Shown here one piece after another: positions 14,201-24,285 of a DNA stretch of 64,000 nucleotides. Position 1 is the first letter of the stretch, and every line of letters begins with the position of its first letter. A program made the translations under genes and the position numbers. The DNA comes from an uncultured delta proteobacterium (lineage in GTDB: Bacteria; Myxococcota_A; Polyangia; Polyangiales; JAFGIB01). A model generated the notes under the pieces. It was given only the letters and a program-made list of their open reading frames with translations, had not been told where the DNA came from and made no database searches. The stretch covers positions 1 to 64,000 of the forward strand of contig CAVZVA010000005.1 in the NCBI GenBank assembly GCA_963778655.1. The letters are read 5' to 3'.

Positions 14201-16185
14201 ATGCGCTCGAGCGCCCAGCACGCCGGTGCGTAGCCCGGCGCCGCCGCAAGCGCGCGCTCGTACGCCTCCCGCGCGCCCGGCCTGCCTTGCAGGTAGTCGC
14301 CCGCGAGCGTGGCTGCGCAGGCAGCGGCCTCGCCACGCAGCCCGGCCGCGACCTCCAGCCACAGCGCCGCCAGCGCCTCCGGCGGCCCGCCCGCGTGAAC
14401 GCGCTGCAACGCGGGCAGCAGGCCGCCGCCGTTCTCCGCCTGTGCGGCGCCCGCGTCGCCCGCGGCGTGGCTCGCGCGCAGGTCCGCGAGCGCCAGCTGC
14501 AGTCCCAGCCGGGCGGCCGGCGGGGTCTGCTGCGCCTCGTGCTCCAGCGCGGCAATCGCCTCCGGCCAGCGCCCGAGCTCCAGCGCTGCGTCGAGCGCGA
14601 GCAGTGCCGCGGTGCGGCTGTCGCCGCGCGCGCCCAGCAGCAGCGACAGCTCGCGCTCGCTCTCGCGCGCGTCTCTGGCGATGCGCGCGGCGGCTTCGAG
14701 CTTGTCGCCGAGCTCCGCGGTCTCCGCCTCGGGCGCGAAGCTCGCCGCGTCGCCCGACAGCCGCGCCAGCGTCGCTTGCACCACGCGCACCAGCGCGAGC
14801 CGTCCATCGGCGAGGCTCGCCTCGCGCAGCGCCGCAGCCGCGGCCGCGAAGTCGAGCTCGCTGGCGTCGAGCTCCGCCAGCCCGAGCAGCGCGAGCGCGC
14901 GCTCGCTGCCTGCCGAAAGCGCCTTGCACGCCTGCAGCGCCGCGCGTTGCTCGGCGCGGTCGCCGCTGCGCTCGGCCAGGCGCGCGCGCAGCCGCAGGCT
15001 GGGCTGGCCGGCGGCGTGCGCGAGTAGCCGCAAGGCATCGGCGTTGCCGCCGCGCGTGGTCTCCAGCGCGCGCGCGCGCGCCCGCAGCAGATCCTCGCCC
15101 ACGCCCGCCCCGCCCAACTCCGGCTCGAGCCGCTCGAGCGCGCCGAGCGCGCCGGCCAGGTCGCCGCCGGCGCGCGCCGCGCGGTACCAGCCGAGCGCCG
15201 CGTCCAGCATCTCCGGGTGCGCGCGCTGCGCCTGCTCGAACAACGCCTGGGCCTGTCCCGGCTCGCCCGCCCGCAACAGCGAGCGCGCCAGCTCCAGCAA
15301 CAGCGCCGCGCGGCTCTCGTCCTCGGGCCAGGCCGCGGCCAGCTCGCGCAGGGTCTGCGCGACCTGGCGGTGGCGTCCGGCCGCCGCCCGCAGCTCCCAC
15401 AGCAGCAGGCCGGCGCTCGCGCTCGGCTGCAGCTGGAACGACTCCTGCGCGCTGCGCTCGGCGGCCTGCACATCGCCGAGGTGTCCGCGCTGGATCTCCG
15501 CAAGCAGCAGCAGCGCCAGCGCGCGCTCCTTCTGTGTGAGCCCGAGCGTGAGCTCGCGCTGCAGCAGCTCGAGCGCGCGATCGAGATCGCGCTCGGCCAG
15601 CGCCTGCTTGCGCAGCTCGCGCAACGCCACCATGTCGCCGGGATCGGTCTGGTGCGCGTACTCGTAGAGCCCGGCGGCGTGGGCGTGCTCGCCCGCGCGC
15701 TGCCACTGCTCGGCGGCGGCGGTCAGCAGGCGCGCGCGCGGCCTGCCTTGGCGCTGCTGCGCGAAGTGCTCGAGCAACGCGCCCCGATCGCGCTCCGGTT
15801 GCAGCGCGCGCTCGGCCAGCGCCGCGTACAGCTCGGGCGAGGCGCGGTGGGGGATGCTGCGGTACGCGGTCTGCGCGCCTGGGTCGTGCTCGACCGGCGG
15901 GCGCGACAGCACCGCCGAGAGCAGACCCGGGCGCACGCTCTCGGGCGCGGCCGGCACCTCGCCCGGCTGCGCGGGCTCGGGCTCGGCGTCGTCCTGCAGC
16001 GCCACCTCGGCGCCAGCAGCCGGCGGCGGCAGGCTCGGCCGTAAGGCATCGAGCGCGCCCTCGAGCCCATCCTCGGGTGCGCGCGGCACGATCGACGGCA
16101 AGCCCTGCGCGGGCTCGCTGCGTGTGGCCGGCGCCGCGCCGCCCGCGGGCGGGTCGGGCGCGTCGCGCTGCGATTCATCGCTCAT
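11287..16185 (-). CDS. Giant TPR-repeat protein (1632 aa)
   Basis: Long Ala/Leu/Arg/Glu helical ORF with TPR-type motifs (ALRLDPRRLDAL, AVGLDPANVEAI). Confidence 0.8.
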   Translation of the reverse strand: MSDESQRDAPDPPAGGAAPATRSEPAQGLPSIVPRAPEDGLEGALDALRPSLPPPAAGAEVALQDDAEPEPAQPGEVPAAPESVRPGLLSAVLSRPPVEHDPGAQTAYRSIPHRASPELYAALAERALQPERDRGALLEHFAQQRQGRPRARLLTAAAEQWQRAGEHAHAAGLYEYAHQTDPGDMVALRELRKQALAERDLDRALELLQRELTLGLTQKERALALLLLAEIQRGHLGDVQAAERSAQESFQLQPSASAGLLLWELRAAAGRHRQVAQTLRELAAAWPEDESRAALLLELARSLLRAGEPGQAQALFEQAQRAHPEMLDAALGWYRAARAGGDLAGALGALERLEPELGGAGVGEDLLRARARALETTRGGNADALRLLAHAAGQPSLRLRARLAERSGDRAEQRAALQACKALSAGSERALALLGLAELDASELDFAAAAAALREASLADGRLALVRVVQATLARLSGDAASFAPEAETAELGDKLEAAARIARDARESERELSLLLGARGDSRTAALLALDAALELGRWPEAIAALEHEAQQTPPAARLGLQLALADLRASHAAGDAGAAQAENGGGLLPALQRVHAGGPPEALAALWLEVAAGLRGEAAACAATLAGDYLQGRPGAREAYERALAAAPGYAPACWALERMLQAKEERAALARVHAALANATEDGQERGARQMRVAALREPDEPQQAASLRRAAARGSAADALLCERGRAGDELATLALAELLEDAGHSAAGRLGGLCKLRAAALYEDADEPARAAVLYREVLDRSRGQDPHANLGLDRTLARAGLLGLLFDRLERLATEGAQGARIAALEWLSLMRSATGDQRHALGGLQALLELDPDHVGALRALERRAMEQGDLERLEQIAERLAQRPHDARERAGQSRLRARAHVLHGKSIGSLALDPALGLFAGIEAERGARAAGDADKIASAVLALCAHIDEPDARASYAMRAAEALERSSSSRAIAALAVYANAAPSHGLAHELLGRLRQTAGEPRAAAAEYERAARTAPAPLRAARLWYRAAVLWQDVVGDDAHARSALDSVVAVDVLHRDAFARLHALLSASGEDAALAALLQARIAAGGEPRRLTELHVERSRLLLRLGQREPAAASLKAALRLDPRRLDALRTVADLHLANAEHREAAEALIRFARLSRDPAALLDAFMLLGRIYSELAPDLRRAEIAYARAVGLDPANVEAIERLMGVYKRQREHDKALRACERLRQLSRDEDELDRRTVELADLLEDKRELLRAERALNDRREQRPASAPIIAALADLYARQHDQAALAVHLDRSIHALRAGLLEQPNDAARWNTLCDVLARRGRIHAAECVAALAKNLGLADARSEKLGAAYQPLHGEAFQAAFADRLWPETLTPAWRELLRWLGSRAGELLEREALGERLEPRPAALQDGLQVAAAQLKLPGNLALVALEGPRCLPLRDKPPTLGLGAELLSACDPSELGFLLLRALCTIRLGLCGAASADPGQLAALLELVQPSSPDPPPAALLQRLEQGLSPRQRRELQGLVEAATASGPLEAAALPALALQAGAQLALAALGNLSAALWALGACGAEAAASDYEEHVALSAVERSAEALSLLRFALSDAYLELHSEIAPGAGS

Positions 16186-16207
16186 GGCTGGCGCTCACCG
16201 GAGCTCT

Positions 16208-19200
16208 TCATGGTCCCCACCCGATCTCGCGCCGCAGCTCGAGCAGCCGGGGCGAGAGCCAGAAGCGCAGCAGATCGAGCGCGCGCGTCGCGCCCGCAAA
16301 GGTCTCGATCTCGAGGCCGCCGCCACCGACGTGTGCCAGCGCCAGCGCGAGGTCGTCGGCCAGCAGCAGGCCCGCGCGCGCGAGCGCCAGCTCGAGCAGG
16401 TCGAGATAGGCGTCGAGCTGGACCTGGGGTTGCGTGAGCTCCGCGCGCACGCGCGCCAGCTCCTTGCGCTGCGCGCGCGGCAGGCGCTTCGCGAGCTGCT
16501 TGCCGAGTGCCTCGACCTCGGGCGAGCCGGCCGGCAGGCCTCCGAGCGCGAGCCCGGCGCGCAGCGCGTCGCGGCGCGCGGCGCGCGTGAACGCGAGCAG
16601 GCGCGACACGCCCAGGCGCCGGGCCAGCACCTGGCGGCCGAGCTCGAAGCGGCGCGCGGCGCTCTCGTTGCGCGCGCTGTCGTCGATCGCGGCCGCCTCC
16701 GCGCCCGGCTCGGGAGGCCCGAGCCCGAGCGAGACCAGCTGCGCCACGCGGTGCAGGGCCGCGCCCGCGGCCATCCCCGCCAGCGCGTCGAGCACAGCCT
16801 CCGACAGCGGCCGGCCGCGCGGCATGCGTGCGGCCTCCGAGAGCGCGGAGAACGCGCGCCGCTCGTCCTCGTCGGCGATGCCCAGCGCGCACAGCGCGCT
16901 CAGCGCCACCAGCTCGTGGTCGCGGCGGCCGCGCCACTCCGCGCTGCGCCGCAGCAGCCGCAGCAGATCGGCGCGCGCGGGCTCGCGTTGCAGCGCCGCG
17001 TCCAGCGCCTGCTCGAAGCGCGACAGCACGTGCTCGCGCGCCTCGCTCGAGCCGTCGAGCTCGAGCAGCCGCGCGCACGACTCGGCATCGAGCGGATAGG
17101 CGGCGAGCGCCCGCTCGTAGGCCTGTGCGGCCTCGTTGGAGGCGCCCAGGTGATCGCGCAGCAAGTCGCCGGCGCGCCGCTGCAGCTCGGCGCCTTCAGC
17201 CGCGCTCGAGCGCTCGGCCGCCTGTTGATAGGCCTCCACCGCCTCGCGAAAGCGGCCGGCCCGCGCGCACAGCGCGGCCAGGCGCGCCAGCACCTCGGGG
17301 TCGCCGCCGCCCTGCGCGCGTAGCGCCTGCAGCTCCTCGCGCGCCCCGTCGAGATCGCCGAGCCTGCGCTCCAGAAACTCGGCCGCGCCCAGGCGGGCCA
17401 GGCGCTTCTGCACGTCGGGCACGTCGGCTGCGGCCAGCTTGCGCAGCGCCGCGACCGCGTCCTGCCAGCGCTCCAGCGCGGTGCAGGTCTCGACCATCAG
17501 CCCGATCGCGCCGGCGTGCCCGGGGTCGGCGGCCAGCACTTGCTCCAGCGCCTCGACCGCTTCGGTCTTGCGGCCCTCGGCGCGCAGCAGCAGCGCGCGC
17601 TCATAGCGCAGCTCGAGCTGTGCGCCGGGGTCCTGCAGCGCCTCGACGCGACGCTGCAGCAGCCCGAGCAGGCCGTCGATGTCGTGGCGCTCGAGCAGCA
17701 GGTCGTGCAGGCGCGCGAACGCCAGCTCGGTGGTGGGATCGCAATCGAAGGCGGCGCGCAGGGACTGCTCGGCTTGCTCCGGACGCGCGAGCTCGCGCTC
17801 CAGCACCGAGGCGGCCTGCTCCAGCAGCAGCGCGCGGAAGCTGCCCTGCGCGCGCTCAGCCAGGCGGCGCGCGCAGTCGGCCACGGTCTCGAAGTCGCCC
17901 AGCGCGCGCGCCGCGACGCACAGCAGCTCGAGCGCCCCGAGGTCGTCCGGATCGAGCCCCAGGCTGCGCCGCGCCTCGTCCGCGGCCTCGCGCGCCCTGC
18001 CTGCGGCGAGCAGCGCGCGCGCGCGCGCCGCCCGCAGCGCCTCGGTGGCCTCGGGCGCGGCGTGCGAGAGCCGCGCGAATAGCGCGCCGGCGCGCGATTC
18101 GGCGTCGTCGTCGGCGCCCAGCGTCTCGTCGACCGCGACTGCCGCCGCCAGTGAGTCCGGTGCCTGCGCCGCCGCCTCCAGCGCGCGCAGCAGACCGTCT
18201 TCGACCGCGTCGCCGCCCCGGGCGAGCAACGACACGCGCACGGCGTGCAGGGTGAGCTCGGCCGCGCTGCTCGCGCTCTGGGCCTCGCGGGCGAGTCGCA
18301 GCCAGCCTTCGCCGCGCTCGTCGTCGGCGCCCGTGCACAACGCGATTGCGGACAGCCAGGGGTCGGAGGGGTGCGTGGCGAGCGCCGCCTGCAACGGCTC
18401 GCGCGCGCTCTGCGGGTCGTGCAGCAGGCGCGCGGCGATGCCGTCGCGTAGCAGCGCGAGCTGTACCGCCGGCGCGCAGCCCTCGGCCAGGCGCTGCAGC
18501 GCGCGCGTGTGGAGATCGAGCCCGGCTGCGGGCTCGGGCAACAGGCACAGGTCGAGCGCAGCGGCCTTGCCCAGCTCCGGATGCGGCAGCACCGCGGCCA
18601 GCGCGGCGGCCGCCTCGGCCGTGTTGCCGCGCGCGGCGAGCAGCTCGCCCAGCTCGAGGTGATAGGGGCCGGTCGTGCCCAGCCGCGCCTCGCGCAGGGC
18701 CAGCCGGCGCTGCGCGCGCTCGAGCATCTGCGGGTCTTCGCTGCGCTCGGCCAGCCGGCGCAGCGCCCAGGCCGGCGAGAGCGCGGTCTGATCGTGATCG
18801 GCGGCCTCCTCGTAGCTGCGCGCCGCGCCTTGCACGTCGGAGACGGCCTCGGCGGCGGCGCCCGCGTGCAGCAGCGCGAGCTCGCGCTGGCGCGCATCGC
18901 GATGCGAGCGCGCGGTCTCGCGCAGCATGCGCGCCGCCTCGCGCTCGCCGCCCGACGAGAGCAGGCACTCCTCGAGCAGCGCCAGCGCATAGGCGTCGTC
19001 GGGCGCGCGCTCCAGCGCCTCGCGCAGGGTTTCGGCCGCCGCCTCTTCCTCGCCGGCGCGTAGCAGCGCGCGCGCGGCCGCGCACAGGTGCGCCGCGTCG
19101 CCCCCGGCGGCGTCGAGCGCGCGGTGGGCCGCGGCCAGCGTGGGATAGTCGTGCGCCGCGCCCGCCTGCACGCGCGCGCACTGCGGCGCCCAGGCCGCGT

Positions 19201-20758
19201 TGTCCGGCTCGTGCAGCGCCGCGCGCAGCGCCTCTGCGGCGGCCTGCGGGTCGTGCTGCTCGCGCAGCAGGCGCTGGTATTGATCGAAGCGCAACGCGGC
19301 GCGCTCGCCGGGCTCGAGCGCCTGCGTGGCACACAGCGCGTCGGCGGCCGAAAGCGCCGCGCCTGCGTCCCCGGCCAGCACCGCGGCGGCGTAGGTGGCA
19401 CGCAAGATCGAGCTGCTGCGGGGCGCGCCTGCCGCAGCGCGTTGCATCAGCTCGAGCGCCGGGCCCGCGCCGGCGGGCGCGAGCAGCGCAAGCCGTCCAG
19501 CCTGCAGCAGCCGCTCGGCGCGCGCCTGGCCCTGGCTGCGCTCGGCGCGTGCCAGCAAATGGTCGCGCAGCTCGGGCTGGCGGCCGGCGCGCAGCAGCGC
19601 GTCCTCGAAGGCGGCGATCGCGGCCGCGGAGCGCGGCTCGGCCGCGATCGCCTGGCGCAGCTCCGCGATCGCCTCTTCGTCGTGCTGCAGCGCCTGCTGG
19701 CGCTCGGCCAAGCGCACGCGCAGCGCGGCCGCGAGCCCGCCGTCGACACCGAGCAGCAGCAGCGAGCGGGCGTCGTCCTGGGCCGCGGCGTCCTCGCCCA
19801 GCTCGCGGTGTACCAGCATGCGCTCCCACAGCAGCAGCGGGTCGTCCATCTGCTGCGCGAGCGCCCGGTCGTAGCACTCCAGCGCGTCACGAGCGCGATC
19901 GAGCCGCACCGCGCACAGTCGAGCCGCCTCGCGCAGCCGCGCCGCGGCGCCCGCGCGGGCCTGCTGCGGCTCGACCTCGCCCTTGGCTTCGCCCGCCGCG
20001 CGCCCGCGCTCGGCCGCCGCGGCCTCGAGCGCGCGCAGCGCTTGCTCGAGCCGGCCGTGCTTGCGCGCGATGCGCTCGCTCTCGGCGCACAAAGCGGGCC
20101 CGCGCAGGCCGAGCTGCTGCGCACGCTCCAGGCGCTCGAGCGCGAGGTCGCTCTGACCCGCGCGCTCGGCCATGCTGGCGAGCTCGCTCCAGATCGCCGC
20201 GGCCATGCCCGGATCGCCGCTGGCCCGGGCGTGGGCTTCGGCCAGCCGTTCGGCCTCGCGCGTGTCGCCCGCGCCGCGTGCGTGCTGCTCGAGCAGCAAC
20301 GCGGCGGTCGCGCAGGCCGGGTCCGCGCGCAGCGCCTGCTTCCACAGCTCGACCGCTTGCTCGCGCTGGCCGAGCTGGTCGTAGCGCAGCAGGCCCGCCT
20401 CGCACAGTGCATCGGCGCGATCGGCCGGCGCTCGGCACGCGCTCGCCAGGGCCTGCCAGATCTCGGCGCCGTCGGCGGGCGCGCCGTCGTCGCGGTCGAT
20501 GCGCGCCAGCGCGAACAGCGCCGGCAGCAGCTCGGGCGCGTGGCGCAGCGCCCGTCGATAGAACGCGGCCCCGCGCGGCCTGTCGCCCAGGCCGTGCTCG
20601 TGCAGCGCGCCCAGCTCGAGCTCGAGCAGCGCGCGCGCGTGCGGGTCTTGCACCGCGCCCAGCTCCTCGGTCATCGCTCGCGCCCGCGCGTGGGCCAGCA
20701 GCTCCCGGGGCAAGCTCGGGGGCGGTGAGCTACGCGGTGGGGCCTGGCTCGTGGTCAT
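16208..20758 (-). CDS. Giant TPR-repeat protein (1516 aa)
   Basis: TPR-type motifs (QALRADPAC, VLAADPGHAGA, ALAAYPLDAE); co-oriented 22 bp upstream of the other TPR gene. Confidence 0.8.
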   Translation of the reverse strand: MTTSQAPPRSSPPPSLPRELLAHARARAMTEELGAVQDPHARALLELELGALHEHGLGDRPRGAAFYRRALRHAPELLPALFALARIDRDDGAPADGAEIWQALASACRAPADRADALCEAGLLRYDQLGQREQAVELWKQALRADPACATAALLLEQHARGAGDTREAERLAEAHARASGDPGMAAAIWSELASMAERAGQSDLALERLERAQQLGLRGPALCAESERIARKHGRLEQALRALEAAAAERGRAAGEAKGEVEPQQARAGAAARLREAARLCAVRLDRARDALECYDRALAQQMDDPLLLWERMLVHRELGEDAAAQDDARSLLLLGVDGGLAAALRVRLAERQQALQHDEEAIAELRQAIAAEPRSAAAIAAFEDALLRAGRQPELRDHLLARAERSQGQARAERLLQAGRLALLAPAGAGPALELMQRAAAGAPRSSSILRATYAAAVLAGDAGAALSAADALCATQALEPGERAALRFDQYQRLLREQHDPQAAAEALRAALHEPDNAAWAPQCARVQAGAAHDYPTLAAAHRALDAAGGDAAHLCAAARALLRAGEEEAAAETLREALERAPDDAYALALLEECLLSSGGEREAARMLRETARSHRDARQRELALLHAGAAAEAVSDVQGAARSYEEAADHDQTALSPAWALRRLAERSEDPQMLERAQRRLALREARLGTTGPYHLELGELLAARGNTAEAAAALAAVLPHPELGKAAALDLCLLPEPAAGLDLHTRALQRLAEGCAPAVQLALLRDGIAARLLHDPQSAREPLQAALATHPSDPWLSAIALCTGADDERGEGWLRLAREAQSASSAAELTLHAVRVSLLARGGDAVEDGLLRALEAAAQAPDSLAAAVAVDETLGADDDAESRAGALFARLSHAAPEATEALRAARARALLAAGRAREAADEARRSLGLDPDDLGALELLCVAARALGDFETVADCARRLAERAQGSFRALLLEQAASVLERELARPEQAEQSLRAAFDCDPTTELAFARLHDLLLERHDIDGLLGLLQRRVEALQDPGAQLELRYERALLLRAEGRKTEAVEALEQVLAADPGHAGAIGLMVETCTALERWQDAVAALRKLAAADVPDVQKRLARLGAAEFLERRLGDLDGAREELQALRAQGGGDPEVLARLAALCARAGRFREAVEAYQQAAERSSAAEGAELQRRAGDLLRDHLGASNEAAQAYERALAAYPLDAESCARLLELDGSSEAREHVLSRFEQALDAALQREPARADLLRLLRRSAEWRGRRDHELVALSALCALGIADEDERRAFSALSEAARMPRGRPLSEAVLDALAGMAAGAALHRVAQLVSLGLGPPEPGAEAAAIDDSARNESAARRFELGRQVLARRLGVSRLLAFTRAARRDALRAGLALGGLPAGSPEVEALGKQLAKRLPRAQRKELARVRAELTQPQVQLDAYLDLLELALARAGLLLADDLALALAHVGGGGLEIETFAGATRALDLLRFWLSPRLLELRREIGWGP

Positions 20759-20908
20759 GCGTCCCTAGCGCGCCGGAGCGCAGGGCGCATGATGGCACAA
20801 AGCTGCGCGGCTGTGGCCAACGCTGCAAGCACGTTGAAAACGTCCCCTGCTGGGGCTACCTCTAGCGAGGGTGGGCCGCGGGTCACCAGAGAGGTCGGCA
20901 GGGATGCA

Positions 20909-21008
20909 ACAGGAAGGCGGGAAGACGGGAAGGCCGGGCGGGCACGCGCAGCGCCCACAGCGCGCACCGGTCAGCAGAAAGACCCTTCCCGCCTTCCCGC
21001 CTTCCTGT
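20909..21008. repeat. Palindromic intergenic repeat, family 2, copy 1
   Basis: ACAGGAAGGCGGGAAGACGGGAAGG (20909-20933) and CCTTCCCGCCTTCCCGCCTTCCTGT (20984-21008): 25-bp inverted arms with one mismatch. Confidence 0.8.
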
Positions 21009-21068
21009 GATCCTGTGGCGCCGACCCTACGGCTCGCGCCGCACTGACTCCAACAAAGGAAACCACAC

Positions 21069-23087
21069 GTGTCGAGTAACGGCGCCCGCGAACGGGACCG
21101 GCCCTGGATCATGCGGACGTACGCGGGCCACAGCACCGCGGCCGCATCCAACGAGCTGTACCGCACCAACCTCAAGAAGGGGCAGACGGGGCTCAGCGTG
21201 GCCTTCGATCTGCCGACGCAAACGGGCTACGACCCCGATCACCCGCTGGCCGCGGGCGAGGTGGGGAAGGTGGGCGTGCCGATCGCCCACATCGGCGACA
21301 TGCGCGCGCTCTTTGCAGAGCTGCCGCTGCAGCAGATGAACACCTCGATGACGATCAACGCGACCGCCCCCTGGCTGCTCGCGCTCTACATCGCGGTGGC
21401 CGAGGAGCAAGGGGTCGATCGCAAGCTGCTCAGCGGCACCACGCAGAACGACCTGATCAAGGAGTACCTCTCGCGCGGCACCTACATCTTTCCGCCCGCG
21501 GCCTCGCTCGGTCTCACCGCCGACATGATCGCCTACACGGTGCGCGAGGTGCCCAAGTGGAACCCGGTCAATATCTGCAGCTATCACCTGCAGGAGGCCG
21601 GGGCCACGCCGGTGCAGGAGCTGGCCTACGCACTGTGCGCCGCGATCGCGGTGCTCGACGCGGTGCGCGCGCGTGGCCAGGTCTCGCCCGAGGAGATGCC
21701 CCAGGTGGTCGGGCGCATCTCATTCTTCTGCAACGCCGGCATCCGCTTCGTGGAAGAGATGTGCAAGATGCGCGCCTTCGGCGTGCTGTGGGACCGCATC
21801 ACGGCCGAGCGCTACGGCGTGCAGAAGCCGGAGTACCGGCGTTTTCGCTATGGCGTGCAGGTCAACTCGCTGGGGCTGAGCGAGCAGCAGCCTGAGAACA
21901 ACATCATCCGCATCGTGCTCGAGATGCTCGCGGTGAGCCTGAGCAAGAACGCCCGCGCGCGCGCGATCCAGCTGCCGGCGTGGAACGAGGCGCTCGGCCT
22001 GCCGCGACCCTGGGATCAGCAGTGGTCGCTGCGCGCGCAGCAGATCCTTGCCTTCGAAAGCGATCTGCTCTGCTACCAGGACATCTTCGATGGCAGCCAC
22101 GTGATCGAGGCCGAGGTCGCAGCGATGGTCGAACAGGCTGGGCGCGAGATCGACGACGTGCTGGCGCGCGGCGGCGCGATCGAGGCGGTCGAGGGCGGCT
22201 ACCTCAAGCAGCGTCTGGTGGAGTCCAACGCCGCGCGCATCGCGGCGATCGAGCGCGGCGATCAGGTGGTGGTCGGCGTCAACCGCTACACCGAGAGCGC
22301 GCCCTCGCCGCTGACGCGAGATCTGGGCAGCGCCATCCTCACTGTCGACCCGGCGGTCGAGCGCCAGGCGATCGATGCGCTCGGCCGCTGGCGCGCGCAG
22401 CGCTCGGAGGCGGCGGTGCAGCAGGCGCTGCAGAAGCTGCGCGCCGCGGTCAAGGCCGGGCACAACGTGATGCCGCCTTCGATCGAGGCGGCCAAGGCGG
22501 GTGTGACCACCGGCGAGTGGGCGGCGGCGCTGCGCGATGTGCTGGGCGAGTACCGCGCGCCCACCGGCGTGGCCGGCGCTCGCCTGGCCGAGGGCGGCGG
22601 CCCGGCTGCGCGGGCCCACCTGCAGGCGCTGCGCGCCGAGGTCGCCGCGCTCGCCGGCAAGCTCGGGCGCAGGCCCAAGCTGCTGGTGGGCAAGCCCGGG
22701 CTCGATGGCCACAGCAACGGCGCCGAGCAGATCGCGCTCAAGGCGCGCGACGTCGGCTTCGAGGTGGTCTACGAGGGCATTCGCGTCAGCCCCGAGCGGC
22801 TGGTGGCCTCGGCGCTGGAGGAAGGGGTGCACTTGATCGGCATCTCGGTGCTGAGTGGCTCGCACCTCGAGCTGGTGCCGCAGATCGTGCAGCGCGCGCG
22901 CGCCGCGGGCCTCTCCGAGGTGCCGATCGTGGTGGGCGGCATCATTCCGGAGCAAGACGCCAGAGCCCTGGAGCAGGCCGGTGTCGCGCGCGTGTACACG
23001 CCCAAGGACTTCGAGCTCGACGCGATCATGGCGGACCTGGTCAGGCTGGTGGCCCGCAGCGCCGAAGCGACGCATGCCGCCCACTGA
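21069..23087 (+). CDS. ecm: B12-dependent ethylmalonyl-CoA mutase (MeaA/Ecm)
   Basis: RDRPWIMRTYAGHS, GQTGLSVAFDLPTQTGYD, QLPAWNEALGLP; B12-binding motif KPGLDGHSNG. The TYAGHS variant is typical of MeaA/Ecm rather than MutB. Confidence 0.85.
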   Translation: MSSNGARERDRPWIMRTYAGHSTAAASNELYRTNLKKGQTGLSVAFDLPTQTGYDPDHPLAAGEVGKVGVPIAHIGDMRALFAELPLQQMNTSMTINATAPWLLALYIAVAEEQGVDRKLLSGTTQNDLIKEYLSRGTYIFPPAASLGLTADMIAYTVREVPKWNPVNICSYHLQEAGATPVQELAYALCAAIAVLDAVRARGQVSPEEMPQVVGRISFFCNAGIRFVEEMCKMRAFGVLWDRITAERYGVQKPEYRRFRYGVQVNSLGLSEQQPENNIIRIVLEMLAVSLSKNARARAIQLPAWNEALGLPRPWDQQWSLRAQQILAFESDLLCYQDIFDGSHVIEAEVAAMVEQAGREIDDVLARGGAIEAVEGGYLKQRLVESNAARIAAIERGDQVVVGVNRYTESAPSPLTRDLGSAILTVDPAVERQAIDALGRWRAQRSEAAVQQALQKLRAAVKAGHNVMPPSIEAAKAGVTTGEWAAALRDVLGEYRAPTGVAGARLAEGGGPAARAHLQALRAEVAALAGKLGRRPKLLVGKPGLDGHSNGAEQIALKARDVGFEVVYEGIRVSPERLVASALEEGVHLIGISVLSGSHLELVPQIVQRARAAGLSEVPIVVGGIIPEQDARALEQAGVARVYTPKDFELDAIMADLVRLVARSAEATHAAH

Positions 23088-24069
23088 CGCCGAGCTTGCG
23101 GCGGAGATCGCGCACGGCGACAAGCCTGCGGTCGCGCGCGCGCTCAACCTGATCGAGGATCGGCGTCCGGCGTCGCGCGCGCGCATCGAGCGGCTGCTGT
23201 CGGCGCTGCCCGCGCGGGCAGATGGCCAGCGCGTGGGCCTCACCGGCCCGCCCGGGGTCGGCAAGAGCACCCTGGCTTCGGTGCTCGCGGCCGAGCTGCG
23301 CGCGCGCGGTCACAGTGTGGGGGTGTTGGCCGTCGACCCCTCGAGCACGCGCTCCGGCGGCGCGCTGCTGGGCGACCGCGCGCGCATGGATTTCGACCCC
23401 GCCGACCAGGCGCTGTTCGTGCGCTCGCTGGCCACCGCCGGCGACCAGGGCGGGCTGAGCTACGCGGCCAACGCGGTGATCGCGGTGCTGGCCGCGGCCT
23501 ACGATCGCGTGCTGGTCGAGACCACCGGCGTGGGGCAGAGCGAGACCGAGGTCGAGCACGTGGTCGACAGCGTGTGCCTGGTGGTGCAGCCGGGGTCGGG
23601 CGACGTGCTGCAGTTCATCAAGGCCGGGGTGATGGAGATCCCGGACGTGATCGTGGTCAACAAAGGGGACCAGACGGTGCTCGCACGGCGGGCCGCGTCC
23701 GACCTGGCCGCCGCGCTCTCGACGCTGCGCAGCGCCGGCATGCAAACGGCCGCCTGGCAGGTGCCGGTGCTCGTGACCAGCGCGCGCGATCGTGTGGGCG
23801 TCGAGGGACTGGCCGATGCGTTGCGCGCGCACCTGGCTTCGTTCTCGCCGCAGGCACTGGCGGCGCGCCGGCGCGAGGGCGAGGCGCACTGGACGCTGTC
23901 GCTGCTGCGGCGGCGCTTCGGCGAGCACGGTATCGAGCTGCTCGGTGGTGAAGAACAGGCGCGCGCGCGAGTGCTCGCGGCGCTCGATGCAGGGCAGGCG
24001 CCGCTGTCCGTGGCCGAGCAGCTGGGGCAGGCCTACTTGGTCGCCCTGCGCGCGCCGAGGCCGGGCTGA
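23074..24069 (+). CDS. meaB: Mutase-associated GTPase MeaB/ArgK
   Basis: GLTGPPGVGKST, AVDPSS, GGALLGDR, ETTGVGQSE, VVNKGD; overlaps the end of ecm. Confidence 0.92.
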   Translation: MPPTDAELAAEIAHGDKPAVARALNLIEDRRPASRARIERLLSALPARADGQRVGLTGPPGVGKSTLASVLAAELRARGHSVGVLAVDPSSTRSGGALLGDRARMDFDPADQALFVRSLATAGDQGGLSYAANAVIAVLAAAYDRVLVETTGVGQSETEVEHVVDSVCLVVQPGSGDVLQFIKAGVMEIPDVIVVNKGDQTVLARRAASDLAAALSTLRSAGMQTAAWQVPVLVTSARDRVGVEGLADALRAHLASFSPQALAARRREGEAHWTLSLLRRRFGEHGIELLGGEEQARARVLAALDAGQAPLSVAEQLGQAYLVALRAPRPG

Positions 24070-24285
24070 ATCGTCCCGCACCCTCGGGCGTCCCATCTTG
24101 GTCCCGGAGCCGCTCCGTAACCTATTAGAATTGCTGCGTTCTTCATCCTGTTCGCAAGAGGGGTTGAAGCTGTCGCCCGGGCACTGTACCTAATGTATAC
24201 AGGCAGGTGATAAAGGCTTATGTTCCCATTTGGGGGTATAATGCCACGGACCGCAGGTGCCCTGCGCGCTGGAGGAGAAGACGTG

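Noticed and set aside
12000..20800. Many long overlapping Arg/Ala/Pro-rich ORFs in alternative frames (here and throughout the window)
   Set aside because: Stop-codon scarcity in very high GC DNA; no recognisable motifs.
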